Shown: positions 1-7,218 of the stretch, piece by piece
How the letters are laid out: each line of letters begins with the position of its first letter
How positions within the stretch are numbered: the first letter of the stretch is position 1
From: an uncultured Lachnospiraceae bacterium
GTDB taxonomy: Bacteria > Bacillota > Clostridia > Eubacteriales > Anaerofustaceae
Length of the DNA: 40,000 bases
Direction of reading: 5' to 3'
NCBI GenBank assembly: GCA_964618075.1
Contig: CAZTZO010000007.1
Location: 1 to 40,000 of the forward strand
Position numbers and translations under genes: made by a program
Notes under the pieces: model-generated
What the model was told of the DNA's origin: nothing
What the model saw: the letters and a program-made list of their open reading frames with translations, nothing else
The model's database searches: none

Positions 1-54
1 CCCCCGACACTTCGGGTATGAACCGAATGCTCTAGCCAACTGAGCTACCCCGCC
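1..54 (-). tRNA. tRNA-Met (anticodon CAU, elongator-like); the 3' part runs off the window edge
   Basis: Reverse complement of 1-54 reads GGCGGGG-TA-GCTC-AGTTGGCTA-GAGC-A-TTCGG-TTCATAC-CCGAA-GTGTC-GGGGG. That gives an acceptor strand, a D-arm, a 5-bp anticodon stem with a 7-nt loop centred on CAT, a variable loop and the start of the T-stem. tRNA-Ile2 (lysidine) cannot be formally excluded. Confidence 0.85.
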
Positions 55-72
55 ATATAAAGTTGCTTGATT

Positions 73-101
73 ATTTTATACTACACAGCAAATAAAGTCA
101 A
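73..101 (-). promoter_or_regulatory. Sigma-A-type promoter for the tRNA gene
   Basis: On the minus strand: TTGACT (96-101), 17-nt spacer, TAAAAT (73-78). The -10 element ends 18 nt upstream of the tRNA 5' end at 54. Confidence 0.5.
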
Positions 102-248
102 GCAATAAAAGGAAGAAAATACAGCGCTTGTTTGGTGATTGGGATTTTTAAAAAATAAGAATAATAATTTAACTCGGAATGAAAATATTAAGTATAAACA
201 TTATGTTGATAATAGTATTATCCTTACTAATGCAATACAATACTTAAC

Positions 249-1334
249 TTAGCACTTTATTCGGTCAAGTAGTTTTCTGCTTATAGTGTGACATGGTTTT
301 TCAATAATAACACATGAAAGTATCGCCAATAAAGCTGTTAGGACAGCAGTAATCAATGTATAAACGGAAGAATTGATTGGAATAGCAAAATGTTGAGCTA
401 ACCACACACATACTTCTTGCACAAAAAAACCATATAAATACAAACCGTAAGATATCTCATATTTTCTACCGATGCGCCCAAGAAAGTCGCTACTGGTAAA
501 TGCCAATTAAAGAATGAAATATGGCAAAATAAAATACAACAAAATGTGCATAACGATATAGTTAAATGAAAAACAACTAAGTAGAAAACCTAATACCACT
601 GAAACAGGCAGACTAAGATAATTTTCTATTTTAATCATTGCTAACGAGCTACCAATGAAATAAAAAGGAACAATGTGTAGCGCTTGTATCCAATCTGTAC
701 CATAAAAAACCAGTCTATTCAATGGATATAATTGGGTCATAACGATATCTCCTACACAGACTAAAACAGTAATTGCAATAAATACCCCCACTGATTTTTT
801 AGAACGACTTCTTATACGACAGATGTTTATTAATATAGGTAATAAAATATACATCAACACCTCAACTGGCAATGTCCACAATGATCCATTGATGACATTC
901 GGATAGGGTGTGCTTGCAAAGCATCCCGGGAGTTGGTACCTAACGTACAACACGAGATTTTCTAAATATTTCAATGCACCCGAAGAGAAATACTCTTTGA
1001 AAGAAAGCTGCGTGATAAGTGGTCCCACTATAAATGTTGCCAAAATAACAAATACTGCCAATGGAGGCCATATACGAAAGAAACGTTTAATAGCATAACG
1101 GTATGGATTGGAATCTAACAACCAACTCTGAGTAATCAAATAACCGCCCAGAATAAAAAATATATATACTCCAATTGCTTGAATACCATGCTCCCATAAC
1201 TTTGGTGCGGTAGTACCTGCAATATATGACATATGACCTGCTATAACCATAAAAGCAGCTACCAAACGAATAGAAGAAATATTATTGTTTCTGTTTGTAG
1301 AATTGCTTAATTCCTTAACATTAATCTCATTCAT
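249..1334 (-). pseudogene. Acyltransferase family 3 (OafA/YrhL-like membrane O-acyltransferase) interrupted by an in-frame TAA at 507-509
   Basis: ORFs 507..1334 and 249..506 are contiguous in the same frame. The N-terminal part has the family-typical start (IRLVAAFMVIAGH) and multiple TM helices. The C-terminal part carries the family-typical (I/L)SYGLYLYxF motif. Its 'start' is merely the TTG codon directly after the stop. The combined length of 360 aa is normal for the family. Confidence 0.8.
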
Positions 1335-2449
1335 TTAGAAAACCATCTATAAATTGTTCTGCAGATAATATAGAGAAATGAATGGTTCTGTAATGTACGC
1401 TTAAAAATCTCTATTAACATATCCCGTCGTCCAAAATAACTCAAGTTCACTTCTTTTTCGATACAATCGGTGTGAGTAGCATATATTTGTAATTTATCTT
1501 TTTCAAGTAATATTGGGACGTCTACAAATTTATCAGTAATGATCTCATAATTTGCTCTCCATTCTGCTTGGCTATGTACTGTTAAAGACGATTCAGCGTT
1601 AATCCATAAACGATAAATGCATGTCCCAATGGTAATATCTTCAACTCCGCACATAAATGCTACTCGCATAAGATAGTCCCAGTCTTCCGTGGTAGTTAAT
1701 TTTTCATCAAATAAGAATCCGTACTTAATAAAAGCTTCTGACGGAAACGCTAAACCAATAAGAGGACATTTATTTAAGGATAATTGAGATGCAATATCAA
1801 ATGGAGCGCAGAACAAGTCTTCAGGGCGTTCCTCGGCACGTAATGCTGTTTCATTAGTATGAGGATTAATTATTTGACTCCATTTTTGTGAAAATGCAAA
1901 TGCGTGCAATACTTTACCCATTGAATCATGTGCTTTGTTTCTAAAAGCTTCTATCCAATTCCCAAAAACGAGATCATCATCATCCAATATTATTACATAT
2001 TTACCACGTGCATGTGCAAAACCAAAATTCAGCGGCGTAGTTCGCGTTCCGTGGTCTAATAAATAAAAACGAATTTTAGAACGAAAATCATTCGGTTGTT
2101 CATCTATTATTTGATCTACTAATTTCTTTTGTTCCGATTGTAGTATATGACCAATCAATATTACTTCAAAATCTTGGCATGTCTGAGCGTAAAGGCATAA
2201 CAACGTTTCACGTAATGATTCCGGGCGACGCCCTTGTGTACGTGTTATTATTGTGGCAAACGGTCGTTTGTCTGTAGATAGTTCCTCTTCTACAATGGGT
2301 TGATATTCCATTTTTAAAGGATTTTTTTGATTTGATTCCAATGTATTCGCAAGCCAAAGTAAATACTTACCAGAACATGTATTTCTATTTAAATAATTTG
2401 ACAATGTATGTAATTCTGTTATAGCTGAAACCATTGACTGATCTTTCAT
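1331..2449 (-). CDS. Glycosyltransferase family 2
   Basis: GT2 N-terminal motifs are present: FATIITRTQGRRPESLRETLLCLYAQT..FEVILIG and the acidic VIILDDDD motif. I moved the start to the ATG at 2449 (TAGGAGCATAAAC-ATG), which removes the overlap with the upstream gene. A 4-nt ATGA overlap links it to the acyltransferase start. Confidence 0.85.
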   Translation of the reverse strand: MKDQSMVSAITELHTLSNYLNRNTCSGKYLLWLANTLESNQKNPLKMEYQPIVEEELSTDKRPFATIITRTQGRRPESLRETLLCLYAQTCQDFEVILIGHILQSEQKKLVDQIIDEQPNDFRSKIRFYLLDHGTRTTPLNFGFAHARGKYVIILDDDDLVFGNWIEAFRNKAHDSMGKVLHAFAFSQKWSQIINPHTNETALRAEERPEDLFCAPFDIASQLSLNKCPLIGLAFPSEAFIKYGFLFDEKLTTTEDWDYLMRVAFMCGVEDITIGTCIYRLWINAESSLTVHSQAEWRANYEIITDKFVDVPILLEKDKLQIYATHTDCIEKEVNLSYFGRRDMLIEIFKRTLQNHSFLYIICRTIYRWFSK

Positions 2450-2471
2450 GTTTATGCTCCTATCATCCTTC

Positions 2472-3398
2472 TTATAAAACAAAACGATTTTCTGTGTAAT
2501 AATTACCCACAAATCTAGCAACCTTATGTGTAGGATCTATCGGTTCTGGTAATATTCCCTCATATTTACGACGAATGAATTCTTGCGCAGCTCGTCTTTC
2601 GTATGCGATAGATTTGTCGCTTTTATAGCAGTTGAGGAGCATATTGACACGTTCTGGATTCGACCACTTATATGCCAACATCAAACTAGCTAAAGCAGAA
2701 TAGTATATCTCTGACTCACTTGGTTGCCATGAGCCATCCACTCCCAATGTTTTATCATGGAAAACCGGTGCAAACGGCTGATAAAATATTTTATAACCTA
2801 ACAATCTCATCCGCCATGAAAAATCAAGATCATCACAATAAAGGAAAAACGTTTGTGCATCAAAACCATTAAGTCGATTAAATATATCTCTCCTGATAAC
2901 TGCGCATGCAGTTGTAGCCCATTCTGTTTCAAAAGATTTTTTATCATATTCTTTTTGATGTTCGATGGGTGTTTGACGTGCCTCTACCATTCCAATCAGT
3001 TTATTCATTTTAAATGGTAATAATGCATAATAAAAATAGTGTGGTGAAAGTATGATATCCGGATTTAAAATTAACATATAGGGGAAATCTGTTTCGTTTG
3101 CAATTAAATTATTACCTTTTGCCGAACCGGTATTCGTATTAAAATAATGATATTTTAACTCTATACGCTCGTGCAGTTTCCCACGAAGCTCTGCCAATTC
3201 AACCTCACTGAAAGTTGCTTTTTTGCTTGCATCGCCGTAGACGACAACCAAACGAAGAAACTGTCCATATTCATTTTCTGCAACCCGTACTGCATTTGAT
3301 ATCGATTCAAGTGAACGTACCAAGCTACTTTTCTCATTATTAAAAATGACTGACTGTATTTGTATATTCACATCATAACTTTTTCTTTCTTGTTCCAT
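2472..3398 (-). CDS. Glycosyltransferase family 2 (rhamnosyltransferase/RfbF-like subtype)
   Basis: Motifs SVIFNNEKS, LILNPDIIL and FFLYCDDLDFSWRMRLLGY are typical of the WbbL/RfbF-like GT2 subgroup. It lies on the same strand as, and tightly spaced with, the neighbouring glycan genes. Confidence 0.8.
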   Translation of the reverse strand: MEQERKSYDVNIQIQSVIFNNEKSSLVRSLESISNAVRVAENEYGQFLRLVVVYGDASKKATFSEVELAELRGKLHERIELKYHYFNTNTGSAKGNNLIANETDFPYMLILNPDIILSPHYFYYALLPFKMNKLIGMVEARQTPIEHQKEYDKKSFETEWATTACAVIRRDIFNRLNGFDAQTFFLYCDDLDFSWRMRLLGYKIFYQPFAPVFHDKTLGVDGSWQPSESEIYYSALASLMLAYKWSNPERVNMLLNCYKSDKSIAYERRAAQEFIRRKYEGILPEPIDPTHKVARFVGNYYTENRFVL

Positions 3399-3451
3399 AA
3401 AACCTTTTCCTTTTGCATATTTTTTTATTTTATATATTTAAAACGACATTT

Positions 3452-4396
3452 TTATATATGCTGATCAGACAGCTTATTTTCAAGTTTCGTTATATAGGCA
3501 TGTGCTTCGCTGCGTTCTCTTTCAAGCTTTTCTATATAGGCATGTGCTTCACTGCGTTCTTTTTCAAGCTTTTCTATATAGGCATGTGCTTCGCTGCGTT
3601 CTCTTTCAAGCTTTACTATATAGGATTGTGCTACATTATTATTTTTTTCTAAATTATGTATATATTTATCAACAGATTGCAGATATATGTCGCTAGAAGA
3701 AGCTCGTTTATCTTTCCTCTTGGATTGTATTTGACGTGCAGTAAACACAAACTGATATATTTCCCCTCGCTTGCGCTGTTGTAAGTATTGCAATACGTAT
3801 GAAGGAATCTGGTGAGTATTTGGATTCTGTTCAGTCTCACCCGTTTTAAAAAATATTTCTTCCTCATTAAAGACTTCATATCCGGCATTTTTAATCGTTG
3901 CTATGATATTGTTCCATGCAAAAAAATGTAAATGTGTATCATCCAGCAAACCTAGCTGTGTATATCGCCAATCATCTGATATAAGATTTATTATGACATC
4001 ATTATGAGCTACATTTGGAACAACAATAAATAACAAACCGTCTTGTTTAAGATGTGTTCGAATACGTATGAGAGTTTCTAAAGGGTTTCTGATATGTTCT
4101 AGAACATTAGCCACTAACACGCAATCAAACTGTTTCCCCCTATAATAATTGCACCATTCGTCTGTTTCTATATCACAGCATATTCCATCATTTGCATATG
4201 GTATTGCATACTCATAAGCTTCACGATCAATCTCAATAACAGATACAGAACATTCATTGTACTCTTTTAGAGCACGAGTCATATAACCTGTTGCACATCC
4301 AAATTCAAGCACTGATGCTCCATGTGGTATACGCCTAAGAATAATGCCATTGCATGAATTATCATCTGGCTTTATGTCGCTAAAATCGTATTTCAT
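3452..4396 (-). CDS. Class I SAM-dependent methyltransferase with a repeat-encoded helical (coiled-coil-like) C-terminal tail
   Basis: SAM motif I is VLEFGCATGYMT, and post-I/II motifs are also present (VLVANVLEHI). The C-terminal ~55 aa are YI(E/V)KLE(R/K)ERSEAHA x3 plus partial units. The start is placed at the ATG at 4396 (GGAGAAAGTAAGA-ATG) rather than 4435. Confidence 0.85.
   Translation of the reverse strand: MKYDFSDIKPDDNSCNGIILRRIPHGASVLEFGCATGYMTRALKEYNECSVSVIEIDREAYEYAIPYANDGICCDIETDEWCNYYRGKQFDCVLVANVLEHIRNPLETLIRIRTHLKQDGLLFIVVPNVAHNDVIINLISDDWRYTQLGLLDDTHLHFFAWNNIIATIKNAGYEVFNEEEIFFKTGETEQNPNTHQIPSYVLQYLQQRKRGEIYQFVFTARQIQSKRKDKRASSSDIYLQSVDKYIHNLEKNNNVAQSYIVKLERERSEAHAYIEKLEKERSEAHAYIEKLERERSEAHAYITKLENKLSDQHI
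3491..3635. repeat. 42-bp tandem repeat, 3 full units plus a partial one, inside the methyltransferase 3' end
   Basis: The units are 3491-3532, 3533-3574 and 3575-3616 (TATATAGGCATGTGCTTC(G/A)CTGCGTTCT(C/T)TTTCAAGCTTT(T/A)C), differing by 1-2 nt. A degenerate partial unit follows. Each unit encodes 14 aa in frame. Confidence 0.95.
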
Positions 4397-4628
4397 TCTT
4401 ACTTTCTCCGCTTTATAGCAAATTCTATACTTCATCTCAATCGTTTATCAATTAGTATTAATTAGCCTACTCAATTAATAAAGTCAATTATTTACTACAA
4501 ATAAAACAGCATAACTTTTAAATCGCCACCAAATTTTGTGATAAGATAATTATATTTCCATCACTCCAATATTGGCTATTGAAAACACACCACAATTATT
4601 GTTTCAATATTGCCTAAAGCTATTTTCC

Positions 4629-5504
4629 TTATGTGGATTTTATATTTTCTATCAATTTATCATTTTGTTGCTCAATCCATTCTCCCATTAGACTAATTAT
4701 ATTAGTATTATCTCCCCAAACTTCCGTCGAGTCGTATGCTCTGTCCGGATAAGCGCCGTAATTAAGCTTTATATTTAAACCATGCTCTTTTATAAACGAC
4801 TCAACCTGTTCAGAAAGAGAAACGGGTCTTCCTGAGCATATGTTGATTATGCCGGTTATTTTTTGTTGGCTTGAGATGACAACTATCTGTCTTGCAAGCT
4901 CTTGAACCGTAATGAAATCATATTTTTTATTTCTGCCTGTAAAGGGAAATTCGCTCTGTCCCTCCTCTGCCGCACGAAGGATCTTCGAAAATATTGAATT
5001 GGCATATGCGTCATCACCGTATATATAGTAAGCTCTCAGCCAATAAAGATTAAAGTTAAGCTCATTCGACAACAAAAGCATCGATTCTCTAAGTGCATTT
5101 TTTGATATTCCATACAGGGATAACGGATCACAGGGAGTATTCTCGTCAATCGCGCCTTCCCAATATCCGACCTCATGCATTGTCCCCATCACAGCAATAT
5201 TTTTACATCCGCCGACTGCCATGTCACACAGGAACTCATAATGCTTTGAAAGATACAGCATATGTTCACTGGAATTATGGATGAATCCATTTTTCCACTC
5301 CAAATGAATCAGCAAATCGGGAGAGCCGAATTCAAAAAAAGTATTTTTATCGCCATTAAATATATCCTCGTTAATAAAATAAGCACGTTTGTCAACGCCG
5401 TTGTTTTTCAAATCAACCGCTATAACCTCATGACCATTGTTCAATAATTCCGTTACTACATATCTTCCTATATATCCCGAAGCTCCCGTTACAAGCACTT
5501 TCAT
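4629..5504 (-). CDS. NAD-dependent epimerase/dehydratase (extended SDR family)
   Basis: It has the N-terminal Rossmann motif MKVLVTGASGYIGRYV and the catalytic YxxxK (YGISKNALRE). The length of 291 aa fits sugar-nucleotide epimerases/reductases. Confidence 0.88.
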   Translation of the reverse strand: MKVLVTGASGYIGRYVVTELLNNGHEVIAVDLKNNGVDKRAYFINEDIFNGDKNTFFEFGSPDLLIHLEWKNGFIHNSSEHMLYLSKHYEFLCDMAVGGCKNIAVMGTMHEVGYWEGAIDENTPCDPLSLYGISKNALRESMLLLSNELNFNLYWLRAYYIYGDDAYANSIFSKILRAAEEGQSEFPFTGRNKKYDFITVQELARQIVVISSQQKITGIINICSGRPVSLSEQVESFIKEHGLNIKLNYGAYPDRAYDSTEVWGDNTNIISLMGEWIEQQNDKLIENIKST

Positions 5505-5721
5505 TGTTTATTCCCTTATCCTGTCTTATTTCTCTTTAAAATATTGTCTTAATGTTTAGCTCAACTACACCGCATTGCCTGCTGCGGTATTTATAAGCCA
5601 TATGCTTTGCTCTTTTTTTATGGTGTTTAATAAAAATACCAAGCTTTAATTGCCCCAAAAAAATAGCGGCTGCTAAAAGTCAATATTGCGCTCACTGCTG
5701 CTATAAGCTCTGCGCGTCATT

Positions 5722-5889
5722 TTATTTTTGTGCGGAATCTTTTTCTAAAGATCTCACGCCTGCAATAATAATATTACGTATCATTTCGGACCTGTTTTGG
5801 TCATAAAATATTTCTTTCTTTAATCTAGTCAATGTTTCTTCGATTTCCTTTGTGACCGTGAAAGTTATCTTAGTTAAGTTTTCAGCCAT
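5722..5889 (-). CDS. Small ribbon-helix-helix (CopG/Arc/MetJ-like) DNA-binding protein, 55 aa (not in the supplied ORF track)
   Basis: My translation is MAENLTKITFTVTKEIEETLTRLKKEIFYDQNRSEMIRNIIIAGVRSLEKDSAQK*. It shows the N-terminal beta-strand pattern (KITFTV) followed by two helices. The ATG is at 5887-5889 and the TAA at 5722-5724. A consensus promoter lies upstream. Confidence 0.65.
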   Translation of the reverse strand: MAENLTKITFTVTKEIEETLTRLKKEIFYDQNRSEMIRNIIIAGVRSLEKDSAQK

Positions 5890-5918
5890 TTTTTTTACAT
5901 CCTTTTATAATTTATATA

Positions 5919-6034
5919 GTATGAACTTCTGTTTTTATGAACTATTATTGTTTATTATAGTTCATAATGTATGAACCTGTCAATACATTTAAAAAAAGTC
6001 TTGACTTTGTCTGAACTTATACATAATATGAACT
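5919..6034. promoter_or_regulatory. Back-to-back divergent promoters with six (T)ATGAACT operator-like boxes
   Basis: Leftward promoter (minus strand): TTGACA (5978-5983), 18 nt, TATAAT (5954-5959). Rightward promoter: TTGACT (6001-6006), 17 nt, TAATAT (6024-6029). The boxes lie at 5920-5927, 5936-5943, 5959-5966 (inverted), 5970-5976, 6011-6017 (CTGAACT) and 6027-6034. Boxes 3 and 4 form the perfect palindrome GTTCATA-ATG-TATGAAC inside the leftward promoter spacer. Confidence 0.7.
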
Positions 6035-6049
6035 AAAGGAGGCAAATAA

Positions 6050-6238
6050 ATGCCCACACAAAAACCCCGTTATACAGTTATTGTTGATGAGCAGCTGCTT
6101 AAAGAAATTGATGATTTTCGTTTTGAAAACCGTTATCCGAGCCGTTCAGCTGCAACGTTGGATTTGATCAAGCTCGGTATGAAACAGCTTGAAGAAGAGA
6201 AGAAAATAAATAATAGGTCATCTAAGAAAAACAAATAA
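6050..6238 (+). CDS. Small ribbon-helix-helix (CopG/Arc-like) DNA-binding protein, 62 aa
   Basis: It has a strong RBS (AAAGGAGG, 7 nt before the ATG). The beta-strand RYTVIVD is followed by two helices (EQLLKEIDDF; RSAATLDLIKLGMKQL) and a basic tail. It is divergent from the other RHH gene. Confidence 0.7.
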   Translation: MPTQKPRYTVIVDEQLLKEIDDFRFENRYPSRSAATLDLIKLGMKQLEEEKKINNRSSKKNK

Positions 6239-6575
6239 CGTATATAAGCTTTTGTTTGCATATCTTGCTTCAATTATTAGATGTTTTGCACTAAACAAGG
6301 CTGTTTTATCATGCGCTTCGTTATGCTTTTCTTTATAAAAAAACATAACTCTAATTTGCTTTATGATTACATCAGGCTTTTTAAAAAACAAAATACTTAA
6401 TTGTTTACGTTTGTAATCAATGTAAAAAAGGCTGTTATTAGAGAAAAATATGCAGAAATAAAAAAAGACCGCGCTTATAAATTTGCTTAAACACGGTCGT
6501 TTGTTTTGTTGATTTGAATTTCAAATTAAAGACAAAAGTGCCTTAATATCCATAAAAATGATTTTTTATACTTTT

Positions 6576-6953
6576 TTATAAGATGGTTTTCCAAAGACCG
6601 TGAAGGTTGCAGTAAGCATACACGGCTATGGGTTTATCGTCGATAAAAACAAATTGTGCATGAGGCTTATCCGTTGGCTTTAAAGCCTTTCTCTGTCCTC
6701 CGTGTTCTGTTTCTACGAATATCCACATAATAAAATGCTCATCACTCATCGGATGCTCGATGCTTCCGATATCAACAGTTAGCTTATCGCCGTCATAGCT
6801 TATAACAGGCAAATGCTTTTCTTTACTTGCGTCGGTAGTATTGGCTACCAGCGCCTTCATTTTTTCGCCGCAGCAAACCAAAGGTACTCCCGAAGAAGCC
6901 ACCATTCCTACAAGATTCTTGCAATGCTCACAAAGATAAAACTTCTCGCTCAT
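6576..6953 (-). CDS. dfx: Desulfoferrodoxin (2Fe superoxide reductase)
   Basis: The N-terminal desulforedoxin-like Cys cluster is CEHCKN...CCGE. Centre II ligand motifs are EKHLPV, HPMSDEH and CNLHGLW. The start is placed at the ATG at 6953, preceded by GGAGGAAAAT. At 125 aa it is typical for class I SOR. Confidence 0.93.
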   Translation of the reverse strand: MSEKFYLCEHCKNLVGMVASSGVPLVCCGEKMKALVANTTDASKEKHLPVISYDGDKLTVDIGSIEHPMSDEHFIMWIFVETEHGGQRKALKPTDKPHAQFVFIDDKPIAVYAYCNLHGLWKTIL

Positions 6954-7007
6954 ATTTTCCTCCGTATACATTTATTACCTTGCTTTTTAATTAAGTGTAT
7001 TTACAAT

Positions 7008-7044
7008 AAAAAAACAAAGCATCGCAAACGCTTTGTTCTTTTTA
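7008..7044. terminator. Bidirectional rho-independent terminator (ends the argGH transcript)
   Basis: The stem is AACAAAGC (7013-7020) / GCTTTGTT (7030-7037) with a 9-nt loop. An A-run lies on the left and CTTTTT on the right, so it reads as hairpin plus U-tract on either strand. Confidence 0.7.
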
Positions 7045-7218
7045 AGCAGTAATAATACATACCTTACTTATACGCAGTCAAAATTACACTACAAAGCGCC
7101 GTTTAATTCATTTTACATCATTCAGATAAGACATTCCACTTATTTTTGAAAATAATTAATTAAAAACAGTTATCATGCTCTCTGCTTGTATTTGCGTATG
7201 TAAGAATAGCTAAGAATA

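Noticed and set aside
507-509. Possibility that the in-frame stop in the acyltransferase is a programmed recoding event (selenocysteine or pyrrolysine).
   Set aside because: The codon is TAA. Selenocysteine uses TGA and pyrrolysine uses TAG. No SECIS-like hairpin is evident downstream. A nonsense mutation or a sequencing error is the simpler explanation.
3413-3696. Plus-strand ORFs 3413..3652 and 3502..3696, with repeated FYIGMCF / FQAFLYRHVL peptides. I also briefly considered a CRISPR-like array.
   Set aside because: They are the antisense reading of the 42-bp tandem repeat inside the methyltransferase gene. The repeats are directly abutting with no unique spacers, so this is not a CRISPR array. 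The minus-strand frame continues a bona fide methyltransferase.
4567-4611. Two copies of the palindromic octamer CAATATTG flanking an imperfect inverted repeat (ATTGAAAACA...TGTTTCAAT) downstream of the epimerase gene.
   Set aside because: The sequence is AT-only, the pairing is imperfect and no U-tract follows. It could be a weak terminator or operator, but it is indistinguishable from chance in this AT-rich spacer.
5575-5681. Small hairpins ACCGCA-N8-TGCGGT (about 5579-5598) and TAGC-AGCC-GCTA plus T7 on the minus strand (about 5655-5680), considered as terminators or regulatory RNAs between the RHH gene and the epimerase.
   Set aside because: The stems are only 4-6 bp. The first lacks a U-tract and the second has a 4-bp stem. 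This is not enough to call a feature.
55-6300. A search for an integrase, transposase, att-site duplication of the tRNA 3' end, or a toxin partner for the RHH genes, which would define a mobile island.
   Set aside because: None was found in any frame. The horizontal-transfer idea therefore rests only on composition and gene content, and is reported as tentative.
6466-6500. A candidate terminator downstream of dfx (GACCG...CGGTC flanked by A/T runs).
   Set aside because: It has only a 5-bp stem with a ~22-nt loop, which is too weak to call. I could not identify a convincing dfx terminator.
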